DNA from: a virus
DNA: 64,000 nucleotides
Strand: one strand, 5' to 3'
Virus record (IMG/VR): IMGVR_UViG_3300008952_000004
Coordinates: 125,714 to 189,713 of that record
In this document: in pieces, positions 1 to 9,675 of the stretch
Position numbering within the stretch: the first letter of the stretch is position 1
How the letters are laid out: every line of letters begins with the position of its first letter
The notes under the pieces: generated by a model
What the model was told of the DNA's origin: nothing
Database searches by the model: none
Seen by the model: the letters and a program-made list of their open reading frames with translations, nothing else
Position numbers and translations under genes: made by a program

Positions 1-2325
1 GACACGCCAAGCGCGATGCACGACCGCCTAGCAGAAGAATTTTCAAGAATTGAGGAGAAGTTCGGCGGCAAGCGACAGCTTTCTTATGATGAGATTCGCG
101 ATTCATTTGAAAATTTTCAATATATTGTGCCGCAAGGTTCGGTTATGTTTGGTTGTGGGAACGCCCATGTACATGCCTCTCTTTCGAATTGTGTTGTTGT
201 ATCACCTCCGGAAGACAATATGTCCTCTATTATAGAGTCGGGTAAAGATTTAGCTAACCTGTTCAAGCGACGTTGTGGAGTAGGAATCGACATCTCAGGG
301 CTTCGTCCGGAAAACACGCCGGTTAATAATTCTGCTGGCACGACTACCGGTGCGTGGTCTTTCGCAGATTTTTATTCTTATGTGTGTCGAATGGTTGGTC
401 AGAATGGTCGACGCGGGGCTTTGATGATCTCGATGGATGTTAGACATCCTGATATTGAGCAATTTGTTACAATGAAACAAGATCTGTCAAAGGTGACCGG
501 CGCGAATGTATCGATAAAATTGAGCGATGATTTTATGCATGCAGTTGATTCAGACGCTGATTTTCTTTTACGGTATCCGGTAGACTCAGAACCTGATGAG
601 GCAGTGAGTTATACGAAGACAATTCGCGCACGAGATTTGTGGACAAAGATCGTTGAGAGTGCAGCAAAGACGGCAGAGCCAGGGCTGCTGATGTGGGATA
701 ATATTAGAAAAAATCTTCCAGCGGAGTGTTATGCTGATGTCGGATTTCAGACTGTTTCAACCAATCCTTGTGCAGAAATTCCCCTGTCTTCTCATGATAG
801 TTGTCGTTTGATTTCTGTTAATTTAAAAAACTTTGTAAAGAAACCATTTACTAAAGACGCCTACTTTGATTATGAACATTTCGGTAAGACAATTACTATG
901 GCTATGCGACTGTCTGATGACTTGGTTGAGCTTGAAGCAGAGCAACTCTCAAAAATAATTAAAATTGCTGATACTAAAGATGAAAAGAAGTTGTGGACAA
1001 AATTACGAAAGGCTTGTCTTCAAGGACGCCGAACGGGATTAGGAACTCACGGTCTGGCAGACGCTATAGCACGCATGTGCCTGCGATATGATTCAACCCA
1101 AAGTGTTTCTGAAATCGATAAAATTTATAGCACTCTGAGAGACAAGGCATATGAGGAAAGCGCTCGCTTGGCTCAAGAAAGAGGCTCCTTTCCGGTGTTT
1201 GATTGGGCGAAGGAAAAAGATAATTTATTTATTAAGCGACTCCCCTCTCGCATTCAAAAAATGATTGCAGATTCCGGTCGACGAAATATATCTATCCTAA
1301 CTAACGCTCCAACTGGAAGTGTGTCCATCCTCTCTCAAACCAGTTCAGGGCTGGAGCCTGTCTTTCGAAATTCTTATGTTCGGCGCCGGAAGATAAATCA
1401 CAATGAGCAGAACATTGAGCCGGATTTCGTCGACGACTTAGGTGATCGCTGGGTGGAATATACGGTGTTTCATCACAACGTCAATGACTGGATTAAACTT
1501 AACGCGAAGAAACCGGATTGTGAGTTGCCTGGGTTTTTCGTAGAAAGCAACCAGATCGATTGGTTGCGTCGTGTTGAAATACAGGCAACTATTCAAGAGA
1601 ATATCGATCACGCTATTAGTTCCACCATTAATCTTCCGGAAAATACTTCACCTTCGGTTGTTGGTGAACTTTATATGAAGGGTTGGAAAGATGGTCTGAA
1701 AGGGATCACTGTTTATGTGGATGGCAGTCGAACTGGGGTGTTGATAACGAAACAGGACGAGGGAAAGGGAGAACCATTTCCTCAAAACGGCGCCCCACTC
1801 AGACCGGAAGTGGTTGACTGTGATATCCACCACACAACCATTAAAGGTGAAAAGTGGACCATCCTTGTTGGTCTGTATGAGGGTCGACCTTATGAGGTGC
1901 TTGGCGGGTTATCTAATTTAATTGAAATTCCCAAGCGGCACACTAAAGGGCGCCTTACCAAGCACCGCTTTAAAACAAAAGCTAATAGGTATGACTTAAC
2001 GTTTGGCGTTGATGATGACACAACGGTTGTGAGAGATATTGTGCGAGTGTTCGACAATCCGAACGAATCGGCTTTCACTCGAATGATCTCTCTAACCCTG
2101 CGCCATGGCGCTCCACCTCGCCTCTTGGTAGAACAGCTACAAAAAGATAAGGATAGCGATATGTTTAGTTTCGCTAGGTGTATCGCCAGAATCCTCAAAA
2201 ATTATATTCAAGATGGCGAGCCAGCAGGGGATAAATCTTGTCCTGAATGTGGTGCCGAAGAAGGGCTAGTGTATCAGGATGGTTGCCAGTCTTGTAATCA
2301 GTGCGGTTACGCAAAATGTGGATAA
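1..2325 (+). CDS. nrdJ: Class II (adenosylcobalamin-dependent) ribonucleotide reductase, N-terminally truncated by window edge
   Basis: Frame open from base 1; TNPCAEI catalytic loop, RRTGLG, TNAPTGS, HAISSTIN motifs, C-terminal TSCPD-like domain and CPEC..CQSCNQCGYAKC zinc ribbon typical of NrdJ. Confidence 0.92.
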   Translation, partial: DTPSAMHDRLAEEFSRIEEKFGGKRQLSYDEIRDSFENFQYIVPQGSVMFGCGNAHVHASLSNCVVVSPPEDNMSSIIESGKDLANLFKRRCGVGIDISGLRPENTPVNNSAGTTTGAWSFADFYSYVCRMVGQNGRRGALMISMDVRHPDIEQFVTMKQDLSKVTGANVSIKLSDDFMHAVDSDADFLLRYPVDSEPDEAVSYTKTIRARDLWTKIVESAAKTAEPGLLMWDNIRKNLPAECYADVGFQTVSTNPCAEIPLSSHDSCRLISVNLKNFVKKPFTKDAYFDYEHFGKTITMAMRLSDDLVELEAEQLSKIIKIADTKDEKKLWTKLRKACLQGRRTGLGTHGLADAIARMCLRYDSTQSVSEIDKIYSTLRDKAYEESARLAQERGSFPVFDWAKEKDNLFIKRLPSRIQKMIADSGRRNISILTNAPTGSVSILSQTSSGLEPVFRNSYVRRRKINHNEQNIEPDFVDDLGDRWVEYTVFHHNVNDWIKLNAKKPDCELPGFFVESNQIDWLRRVEIQATIQENIDHAISSTINLPENTSPSVVGELYMKGWKDGLKGITVYVDGSRTGVLITKQDEGKGEPFPQNGAPLRPEVVDCDIHHTTIKGEKWTILVGLYEGRPYEVLGGLSNLIEIPKRHTKGRLTKHRFKTKANRYDLTFGVDDDTTVVRDIVRVFDNPNESAFTRMISLTLRHGAPPRLLVEQLQKDKDSDMFSFARCIARILKNYIQDGEPAGDKSCPECGAEEGLVYQDGCQSCNQCGYAKCG

Positions 2326-2333
2326 AAAAATAC

Positions 2334-2362
2334 TTGACAAAAGTATAAATAGAGTGTATATT
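2334..2362 (+). promoter_or_regulatory. sigma70-like promoter
   Basis: TTGACA-N17-TATATT; AAGGAG SD before ATG 2394. Confidence 0.7.
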
Positions 2363-2393
2363 ATATATAACTTTTCAATTAAAGGAGAACTTA

Positions 2394-2654
2394 ATGTCTG
2401 ATTCAGCAACTAATGAATATCAAGAAAAAGAAAATAAAATTACTAATTACATCAAGTCTTTAAGAACGATTGAAGATGCGATGGAGCCCTATAAAGATCA
2501 GAAAAGGGCACTGAAAAGTAATTATGTTGAGAATGGCTGGCTTTCGAAAGAAGAGATCAGTGTAGCTGTTAAAGCCTATCGTATGGTAAAAGAAGATACT
2601 GATATTGATCAACTAATGGACTTTTACAACCACGTGAGGAAGACTTGCAAATGA
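2394..2654 (+). CDS. Small helical dsDNA-binding protein (T4 DsbA/GapR-like, tentative)
   Basis: 86 aa helical; pattern IKSLRTIEDAMEPYKDQKRALK..LSKEEISVAVKAYRM resembles DsbA/DUF2312 proteins; strong SD. Confidence 0.45.
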   Translation: MSDSATNEYQEKENKITNYIKSLRTIEDAMEPYKDQKRALKSNYVENGWLSKEEISVAVKAYRMVKEDTDIDQLMDFYNHVRKTCK

Positions 2655-2938
2655 TGCTTGTTCCAAAAAATAGACACCTTCTGATCGAAATCGTTGAGGA
2701 TAAGGAGGAATCCTCCTCAACGATTTTAGTACCAGAAGATTATAGGGCGGCTTCACTTAAACAATATCAAACGGTGAACATTCTAGCCACTTCCCCACAC
2801 TCTCTTGACTATGATCCCGGTCAACAGGCAATTGTTGAGGGTCACATGATCAAGACAGTGAGTGTTGCGGGCACAACTTATCAGTTGGTATTGGAAAATG
2901 CTGTACTGGCTTTGTTAGGTGATGAAAAAGAACTGTGA
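2645..2938 (+). CDS. groES: Co-chaperonin GroES-like
   Basis: LVPKNRHLLIE start, mobile-loop TILVPE, C-terminal YQLVLENAVLALL match the Cpn10 pattern; 97 aa. Confidence 0.7.
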   Translation: MQMMLVPKNRHLLIEIVEDKEESSSTILVPEDYRAASLKQYQTVNILATSPHSLDYDPGQQAIVEGHMIKTVSVAGTTYQLVLENAVLALLGDEKEL

Positions 2939-3830
2939 TCATTTAGTTATAGGATCGGGGTTGGCGGCTATTGTTTATGCATATTTAAATGACGCTTTAT
3001 ATATTAACAATGATCCTGAATATTCCCCTTTCCTGTTTGACTATTTCGATCCAGAGTTTCCGCTCGAAGCCTTCGGTATTGAACCAGCATCTCGTGTCTT
3101 GAAAACAGATCTTAAAGATAGAACGGTCGGGCATCCAAAGGTCGATTTGTGGCAACGGATTTCATTTGTTTTGTCTTTAGGCGGCAACGCTCCATTTGGA
3201 GACAAGGTAGCCAGCCTAAGAATAAACCCAGAAGAAAAAACTGCCCGGATTATCACAACAGGAAACGCCGCACTTGAGTATGAATATAATAATGCGGTTA
3301 TTTTTAATCCTGAGAACATTCATGGGATAGTTCCTGTACCGAATGACCGAGAAGAAATATTTAGAGTGGAAGATTGGTTTGATGTACGTACTGGTGGCAA
3401 ACATCAATATGATTATGTGTTGACCGAAGACGAATTTATTAACGAAATCTACTTTTATCCATCGCCGCGAATGTCGACGCAGAACTCCAAAATCAAGGAC
3501 TTAGTGGCTGTTTCTTATGCGACAAGAGAACAATTAAATAATATAGACTACTCGGATGTGGCAGCTAGATTTAAAATTTTAAGTATATTAAAGGGGATGG
3601 GTCTTCGTGGCGCTCGCAATGGTCGCGACCCTAAAAATCCCGACCTTTATAAATATTATGCAATAAAAATTGAGGCTAGGCGAAGAGAGGTCTTTCCAAA
3701 GACAAAACAAGTATATAAGGATATGAATGGTATCCGCTTCGATACAAGAAGCGCAGAAGAGATTATTTTATGCCACTCCTTAAAAGAAAATAAGCCATAT
3801 AATGTACTCAAAGGGCTATTTACTTTATAA
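2919..3830 (+). CDS. Rossmann-fold (FAD/NAD-binding-like) protein
   Basis: N-terminal HLVIGSGLAA dinucleotide-binding-like motif; rest unrecognised. Confidence 0.45.
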   Translation: MMKKNCDHLVIGSGLAAIVYAYLNDALYINNDPEYSPFLFDYFDPEFPLEAFGIEPASRVLKTDLKDRTVGHPKVDLWQRISFVLSLGGNAPFGDKVASLRINPEEKTARIITTGNAALEYEYNNAVIFNPENIHGIVPVPNDREEIFRVEDWFDVRTGGKHQYDYVLTEDEFINEIYFYPSPRMSTQNSKIKDLVAVSYATREQLNNIDYSDVAARFKILSILKGMGLRGARNGRDPKNPDLYKYYAIKIEARRREVFPKTKQVYKDMNGIRFDTRSAEEIILCHSLKENKPYNVLKGLFTL

Positions 3831-3855
3831 TGCAGGAAGCATTAAGGAGGTGAGT

Positions 3856-4290
3856 ATGAGTGGTGCAGGAGGTGCCGGTGGAGCCGGAGCAGCAGGTGGC
3901 GGTGGCGCAGCAGCTACGGCAGGAGGAACAATGGCTGGAGGCGCCGCAGTTTCTAGCGGAGGCGAAGGTGGAGGCTCTGCTCTCGGAGCAGCAGAAGGAG
4001 CAAATGTGGGTTCGACAGATAGCGTGGGGAACACCGCCCAAGAATTAGCCACATCGGATCCAAAACAGAATCTTAATGACGATATTGCAGCGCAGGTTAT
4101 GCAGCCACATCAGTGCAACAATCAGTCTTATATTAATATGTCAACACAGCAATTTATAAATGTGCAGAACACATCGATTGAACAATATCAGTGTACACCA
4201 GAACGCATGTCAGAACAAGAGTTTGATTTAAAGAAGATGCTGGAAATGATGATTGCGTTAAAACTTTTAGAAGCGATGAACGAAAAATAA
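3856..4290 (+). CDS. Gly/Ala-rich hypothetical protein
   Basis: AAGGAGG SD before ATG 3856 (ORF track start 3802 is likely too far upstream); low-complexity N-terminus. Confidence 0.6.
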   Translation: MSGAGGAGGAGAAGGGGAAATAGGTMAGGAAVSSGGEGGGSALGAAEGANVGSTDSVGNTAQELATSDPKQNLNDDIAAQVMQPHQCNNQSYINMSTQQFINVQNTSIEQYQCTPERMSEQEFDLKKMLEMMIALKLLEAMNEK

Positions 4291-4541
4291 TGAAAGTAGA
4301 AAAAATAAGCGGAATACAATCCTTATATCCTATTCCAATAGAGCACCATCGGTGGGCTGGCTTCGACAAAGCCACGCCTGAGAAAGAGACTCTAGTAGTA
4401 GAAGTAGAAGCGAACCCTGTTGACGAGAAAGAGTCTGAGTTTAATTTATATGTTGAAGATCTTGCAGAAGATCCTGGCTTATATAATCGTTGGGGTAAAA
4501 TAAAGAAAAATAATTTGCCAAAATTAATAAAAATTATTTGA
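4290..4541 (+). CDS. Hypothetical protein
   Basis: 83 aa ORF coupled to upstream stop (TAATG). Confidence 0.55.
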   Translation: MKVEKISGIQSLYPIPIEHHRWAGFDKATPEKETLVVEVEANPVDEKESEFNLYVEDLAEDPGLYNRWGKIKKNNLPKLIKII

Positions 4542-4566
4542 CTTATTGAAACAAGTTTGGTAATAT
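4538..4566 (+). promoter_or_regulatory. sigma70-like promoter (extended -10)
   Basis: TTGACT-N17-TAATAT with TGn. Confidence 0.55.
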
Positions 4567-4572
4567 ATCTTT

Positions 4573-5475
4573 ATGTCTTTGCACAAGAGTTCAATTAGTG
4601 AAAAATCATTTCATCTGGCTGGGATTGTCCCGGTGGCTGGGCAGAAGTTAGACTTTAATTGTCCGTGGCATGATTCTTTAATGCCGATTGCGCCAGACTA
4701 TCTAGCCGTTGAAAGAGCGGTACTTGAGTGTGCTTGGGCAGGCTGTGAAACGATCTGGATCGTGTGTAACGACGACGTTCAACCTTTAATCAGGTATCGA
4801 TTGGGCGATTATATATACGATCCTGTAAATCTACGCAGGCAATATAGAATTAAACCAGTGGATGAAAAGAAACCGATAACAATATATTATGTTCCAGTAC
4901 ACCCTAATGATAGAGACAAACGAGACTGCTTGGGGTGGAGTGTTTTATATGGAGCAAAGACCTCTTTCGAGGTTTCAAAACAAATAAGCACTTGGGTTGC
5001 ACCAGACCGCTATTATGTGGCGTTCCCGTATGGTGTATACAGTCCAGAAGTTCTACGTCCACATCGTTTGGAAATTTCCAGCCGCCGTGGTTTTTTCTTG
5101 AGTCACTTGGACGAGACTGTAAGAGAAGGCAAATATCTTGGCTTTACTTTCGATGCTAGTGATTTTTCTGAATTTGTAGGTGTGATCCGTACAGGTACGG
5201 GTGAAAAGATACCCGGTCAATCTATATCTGACGGAATCCCTAAAGAAAAATTGCCGTTACATAAAAGATGGTCAGCACGGTTTTTTTCACTTGACAAAAT
5301 ATTTCAATCTGCTAAAGTAGAGGGAGCATTAGTTCAAGAAGTTGACTGGTATTATAATATTGATAGTTGGGAAAATTATAGCAATTATTTGTCGTGCGGC
5401 ATTGATTTAAAAAAGCCAGCAAAGTGTATTTTGGCATATAGAGAGTGGAATTCGATGGGAGTTAATAATGAGTGA
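4573..5475 (+). CDS. Sugar-phosphate nucleotidyltransferase-like (GT-A fold) protein
   Basis: N-terminal LAGIVPVAG..(P)WHDSLMPI resembles the NTP_transferase signature, followed by AGCETIWIV. Confidence 0.55.
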   Translation: MSLHKSSISEKSFHLAGIVPVAGQKLDFNCPWHDSLMPIAPDYLAVERAVLECAWAGCETIWIVCNDDVQPLIRYRLGDYIYDPVNLRRQYRIKPVDEKKPITIYYVPVHPNDRDKRDCLGWSVLYGAKTSFEVSKQISTWVAPDRYYVAFPYGVYSPEVLRPHRLEISSRRGFFLSHLDETVREGKYLGFTFDASDFSEFVGVIRTGTGEKIPGQSISDGIPKEKLPLHKRWSARFFSLDKIFQSAKVEGALVQEVDWYYNIDSWENYSNYLSCGIDLKKPAKCILAYREWNSMGVNNE

Positions 5476-8400
5476 GCAAATACAATCTAGTATTCCTTTT
5501 GTGGGGCTACATGCCCACAGTGGATTATCGTTATTTGATGGTTTGGGGTATCCGCAGGATCATATGGATTTTGCATACAAGAACGGCTGTGACGCATTGG
5601 CTCTTACCGATCATGGGCACATGAATGGATTGTCATATCAAGTCCTTCATGCAAAAAAAATGAAAGCTGCCGGAAAAGATTTTAAGCCTATCTTTGGTGT
5701 CGAGGCATATTTTCTCCCGTCTGTCTCTAAGTGGAAAGCTGCATATGAAGAATCAAAAGAGGCAAAAAAGAAACAGAAGAAGGGCGGCTTGGTCATCGAG
5801 GACGAGAACGCAAGCAAGAGCGCTAAGAGTTTACTGAATAAAAGAAACCATCTTATTTTGTTGGCAATGAACCAAACAGGTTTGAACAACATATTTAGGC
5901 TCATATCGGAGAGCTATGATGGGACAAATTTTTATAGGTATCCTCGCGTTGATTATGATATGCTTGCTGTTCATAGTGAGGGTGTTATTGCCACGTCTGC
6001 TTGTCTTGGCGGTGTGTACGCTGGTAATTATTGGGATAATAAGAATGATGGTCCTGATGCTATTATGGATGCAATGAGGTTGACCACCGAGAAGATGCAA
6101 TCTATCTTTGGAGATCGGTGGTACGGAGAACTTCAGTGGAACAACATTCCAGAACAACACGAACTAAACAAATATATTATTCAAGTCGCAACCGAATACG
6201 GACTGGAACTAGTTTCTACAGCCGATAGCCATTATCCAACTCCTGATGCTTGGCGTGACCGAGAACTGTACAAGCGTCTAGGATGGCTGGGCAAGGGAGG
6301 CATGCCCGACTGGATGAGTTCAGAGCTTCCCGAAGGAATTGAGGAGATTGGCTACGAACTATATCCTAAGAACGGCGATGAAATGTGGGCAGCGTATAAA
6401 AAGTATTCATCCGGACTCAATCAACAATACGACGATGACTTGGTGATGGCTTCGATCACTCGCACACACAATATTGCACATAAGCGAATTGAGTCTTTTA
6501 TGCCGGATGATACTGTTCGGCTACCTGATTTCGTTGTACCAGAGGGTAAGACAGCAGAGCGTGCATTGAGAGAATCTTGTGTAGCTGGGCTCCGCGAGTA
6601 CATCGATGCGAATGACCCTAAGTTGTCTGAATACATCGAGCGTATTAAGTATGAGTTGGATGTTATCGAGGATCGTGGCTTCACAAAATATTTTTTGACA
6701 ATGAAGACCATCGCGGATAAAGCCCTAGAGCGACAGCTTGTAGGTGTAGGCAGAGGCTCGGCTGCTGGCTCACTAGTGTCTTTTTTAATTGGTATTACAC
6801 AAGTTGATCCGCTTAAATATAATCTACTCTTTGAGCGCTTTATGCGTAAGGATCAGACTGATTATCCAGATATTGATTATGATGTCTCTGACCCGATGAT
6901 ACTTAAAGAGCGACTTATCGAGGAGTGGGGTGACGGAACAGTTGTACCAATTTCAAATTTTAATACTTTAAAGTTGCGGTCTTTGATTAAAGATATTGCA
7001 AAGTTATATGAGGTACCATTTACAGAAGTTAACTATGTCACTTCGCGAATGATTAATGAAGCTACGCCCGAAGCCAAGAAAAAACATGGCATCAAAGCCG
7101 GTGTTTATGTTCCAACGTTCGATGAGGTGGTGGAGTTTTCGCCCACACTTCAGAAATTCTTTGATAAGTACCCGGACATCAAGACACATATCGAGGCTTT
7201 GCACGGGCAGGTTCGCAGTGTCAGTCGCCACGCTGGTGGCGTTGTTGTCGGGGAAAATCTTGACAAATGGATGCCGTTGATTAACAGCGGAGGCATCCGA
7301 CAAACCCCGTGGTCGGAGGGGCAGAACGTCCGACACTTGGAACCACTCGGGTTCATTAAGTTTGATATTCTTGGACTGGCTTCTCTGCGGATGATGGAAG
7401 GAGCTATTAAGCACATTCTCCGTCGCCACAAGGGCATCGCAGAACCAACTTTCGCACAGGTCAAAGAATATTATGACGAACATCTTCACCCGGATAAGAT
7501 TAATTTTGATGACCAAGTGATCTATGAAAATATTTTCCATAAGGGGAAATGGGCTGGAGTCTTTCAGTTTACAGAGAAAGGTGCACAGACATTTTGCCAG
7601 AAAGCCAAGCCGACAAGCATCATTGATATCTCAGCTATCACATCGATCTATCGTCCCGGTCCTCTGAGCGCCAACGTGCACGAGTTGTATGTGGAGGCAA
7701 AAACTAATCCAGACGAAGTTTCCTATGGGCACGACCTAATCAGGGAAGTAACTGAGGAGACTTATGGGTTCCTAATCTTCCAAGAGCAGATTGCACTACT
7801 AGCACACAAGCTGGGCAAGGATCTGACGCTGGACGAAGGGAACATGCTTCGTAAACTTCTAACTAAAAAGGGAACAGGTTCTACTGATGCCAAGAAAATT
7901 AAAATCTACAACAAGTTCATCGAAGGTTGTACCGATAAAGGACTATCAAAAAGCTTCGCCGAAGGACTGTGGGAGAAATTCGAATACTTCTCGGGGTATG
8001 GTTTTAATAAGTCCCACGCTGTTAGCTACAGTATTCTTAGTTATCAGTGTGCCTATCTTCTGCATCATTTCCCTTCAGAGTGGATGGCGGCGTTTCTGGA
8101 CAAAGAGCCCGAAGCCAGAAAAGAAGCGGCAATCAATGTAGCCAAGTCACAAGGCTTTACAATTGCCCCGCTAGACATCAACACATCTGGAACTGTGTGG
8201 GAGATTTCAGATGATGGTAATACTCTAATTCAACCGCTGACATCCGTCAAGGGTCTGGGTGACGCAGCTATTGAACAGATTATTAATCATCGTCCGTTTG
8301 GAGCTATCGAAGAACTATTATTTAATGAAGAAATTGTTTACTCTAAATTAAATAAAAAAGCTCTTGATGTGCTTGCAAGAGCGCAGGCATTAAACGATCT

Positions 8401-8893
8401 GGTTGACAAAAGATTTACCGGACTTAAACATTTTTGGTCCGCAGCGGTTGTTGATCGTCCTAAAACCCGGAAGAAGTTACACGAAAACATTGAACTGTAT
8501 GAACCCGAAGGTGACTTTACTGATGAAGAGAAGATTGAATACTTGGTCAACCTAACCGGTGTCTTTCCCTTTGCGTTGGTGATGGACGATTACATTGAGG
8601 AACAGTTGGCTGACCACTGTGTCCCGCCGCTAGGAGACTGGGATCAGGACCTCGGCGTGGCGTGGTTCATTCCGCGTGAGGTGATTGAAAAGAAAACCCG
8701 GAAGGGTCGTACATATTGGCTAGTAAAGGTTGTCGACTCAACCAGTAAAAATACTACTATTAAATGCTGGGCGGTCGACCCAAAGAAGGATGTTGTCCAC
8801 CTTAATCGACCATACATGGCACGATTGGACTATAGCGATGACTGGGGATTTAGTACACGTTCAGTAAGATATAATTTTAAACTTTTAGGATAG
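5468..8893 (+). CDS. dnaE: DNA polymerase III alpha subunit (family C) with PHP domain
   Basis: LHAHS, TDHG, GRGSAAGSLV, YPDIDYD, HAGGVV, KFDILGL, IFQEQ, GYGFNKSHA motifs; C-terminal OB fold; 1141 aa, no intein-sized insertion. Confidence 0.97.
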   Translation: MSEQIQSSIPFVGLHAHSGLSLFDGLGYPQDHMDFAYKNGCDALALTDHGHMNGLSYQVLHAKKMKAAGKDFKPIFGVEAYFLPSVSKWKAAYEESKEAKKKQKKGGLVIEDENASKSAKSLLNKRNHLILLAMNQTGLNNIFRLISESYDGTNFYRYPRVDYDMLAVHSEGVIATSACLGGVYAGNYWDNKNDGPDAIMDAMRLTTEKMQSIFGDRWYGELQWNNIPEQHELNKYIIQVATEYGLELVSTADSHYPTPDAWRDRELYKRLGWLGKGGMPDWMSSELPEGIEEIGYELYPKNGDEMWAAYKKYSSGLNQQYDDDLVMASITRTHNIAHKRIESFMPDDTVRLPDFVVPEGKTAERALRESCVAGLREYIDANDPKLSEYIERIKYELDVIEDRGFTKYFLTMKTIADKALERQLVGVGRGSAAGSLVSFLIGITQVDPLKYNLLFERFMRKDQTDYPDIDYDVSDPMILKERLIEEWGDGTVVPISNFNTLKLRSLIKDIAKLYEVPFTEVNYVTSRMINEATPEAKKKHGIKAGVYVPTFDEVVEFSPTLQKFFDKYPDIKTHIEALHGQVRSVSRHAGGVVVGENLDKWMPLINSGGIRQTPWSEGQNVRHLEPLGFIKFDILGLASLRMMEGAIKHILRRHKGIAEPTFAQVKEYYDEHLHPDKINFDDQVIYENIFHKGKWAGVFQFTEKGAQTFCQKAKPTSIIDISAITSIYRPGPLSANVHELYVEAKTNPDEVSYGHDLIREVTEETYGFLIFQEQIALLAHKLGKDLTLDEGNMLRKLLTKKGTGSTDAKKIKIYNKFIEGCTDKGLSKSFAEGLWEKFEYFSGYGFNKSHAVSYSILSYQCAYLLHHFPSEWMAAFLDKEPEARKEAAINVAKSQGFTIAPLDINTSGTVWEISDDGNTLIQPLTSVKGLGDAAIEQIINHRPFGAIEELLFNEEIVYSKLNKKALDVLARAQALNDLVDKRFTGLKHFWSAAVVDRPKTRKKLHENIELYEPEGDFTDEEKIEYLVNLTGVFPFALVMDDYIEEQLADHCVPPLGDWDQDLGVAWFIPREVIEKKTRKGRTYWLVKVVDSTSKNTTIKCWAVDPKKDVVHLNRPYMARLDYSDDWGFSTRSVRYNFKLLG

Positions 8894-8944
8894 TATAGTA
8901 AAATGAATAAAGAAAAAGAAATGTATATGATTGGGGAAGAGTAA

Positions 8945-9415
8945 ATGAATTTAAAGGTTAAATTGTTACGAGAAGGCGCTAAACCACCTCTCAGAACTTA
9001 TCCGACCGATGCGGGTGCTGATGTTTTTTATTGCAGAAATCCGCAAGAAAGAAACCACTGCATCGGAGAAGAAAATGAATATTGGATTGGTCCAAAAGAT
9101 TCTTGTGTTATTCCAACTGGGATCAAAGTAGAAATACCAGAAGGGTATATGCTTGAGGTAAAAAACAAATCCGGTATTGCTTCGAAGCGAAGGCTGGTCG
9201 TGGGTGCTTGTGTTATAGATTCAGGTTATGATGGAGAAGTATTTATTAACTTACACAACCTTGGTCCGACCACACAAAAGGTCTACCCAGGAGATAAATT
9301 GGCTCAGGTAGTCTTGGTACCAATTAACACATGTGGCTTTGAAATCGTCAATGGCGAGATAAACCAAAATAGCACTCGTGGTTCTGGAGGTTTTGGTTCA
9401 ACGGGGGACAGATGA
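8945..9415 (+). CDS. dut: Trimeric dUTPase
   Basis: DAGADV, KSGIA, VIDSGYDGE, LAQ, RGSGGFGSTG motifs. Confidence 0.95.
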   Translation: MNLKVKLLREGAKPPLRTYPTDAGADVFYCRNPQERNHCIGEENEYWIGPKDSCVIPTGIKVEIPEGYMLEVKNKSGIASKRRLVVGACVIDSGYDGEVFINLHNLGPTTQKVYPGDKLAQVVLVPINTCGFEIVNGEINQNSTRGSGGFGSTGDR

Positions 9416-9675
9416 GTTTTAAGAGAAAAATAAAAAGAAAGCAGGAAAAGGAAGCCAACAAACAACTTAAAAAAGATATTGCACAGAAGGTGAATATGTT
9501 TGATAAATTACCAGATGAGTGCAGTGCCTGTCAAAAGGGATTTGATAAAAAGGATCGTGAAATGGTTATGAGTTGGAACGTGGTGGTTAGAGAACAAGAG
9601 AAAATTGTTAGATTATATTGCCCAGAGTGTTGGGGAAAAGCAAAAAGTATTATTAAGGAGTTACAAGATGCATGA
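9412..9675 (+). CDS. Hypothetical protein with CxxC...CxxC zinc site
   Basis: CSAC and CPEC pairs, basic N-terminus. Confidence 0.6.
   Translation: MSFKRKIKRKQEKEANKQLKKDIAQKVNMFDKLPDECSACQKGFDKKDREMVMSWNVVVREQEKIVRLYCPECWGKAKSIIKELQDA

Noticed and set aside
16-8893. Inteins or introns in nrdJ and dnaE
   Set aside because: Motif spacing and lengths are normal and no LAGLIDADG or C-terminal HN-C/S/T splice signatures were seen.
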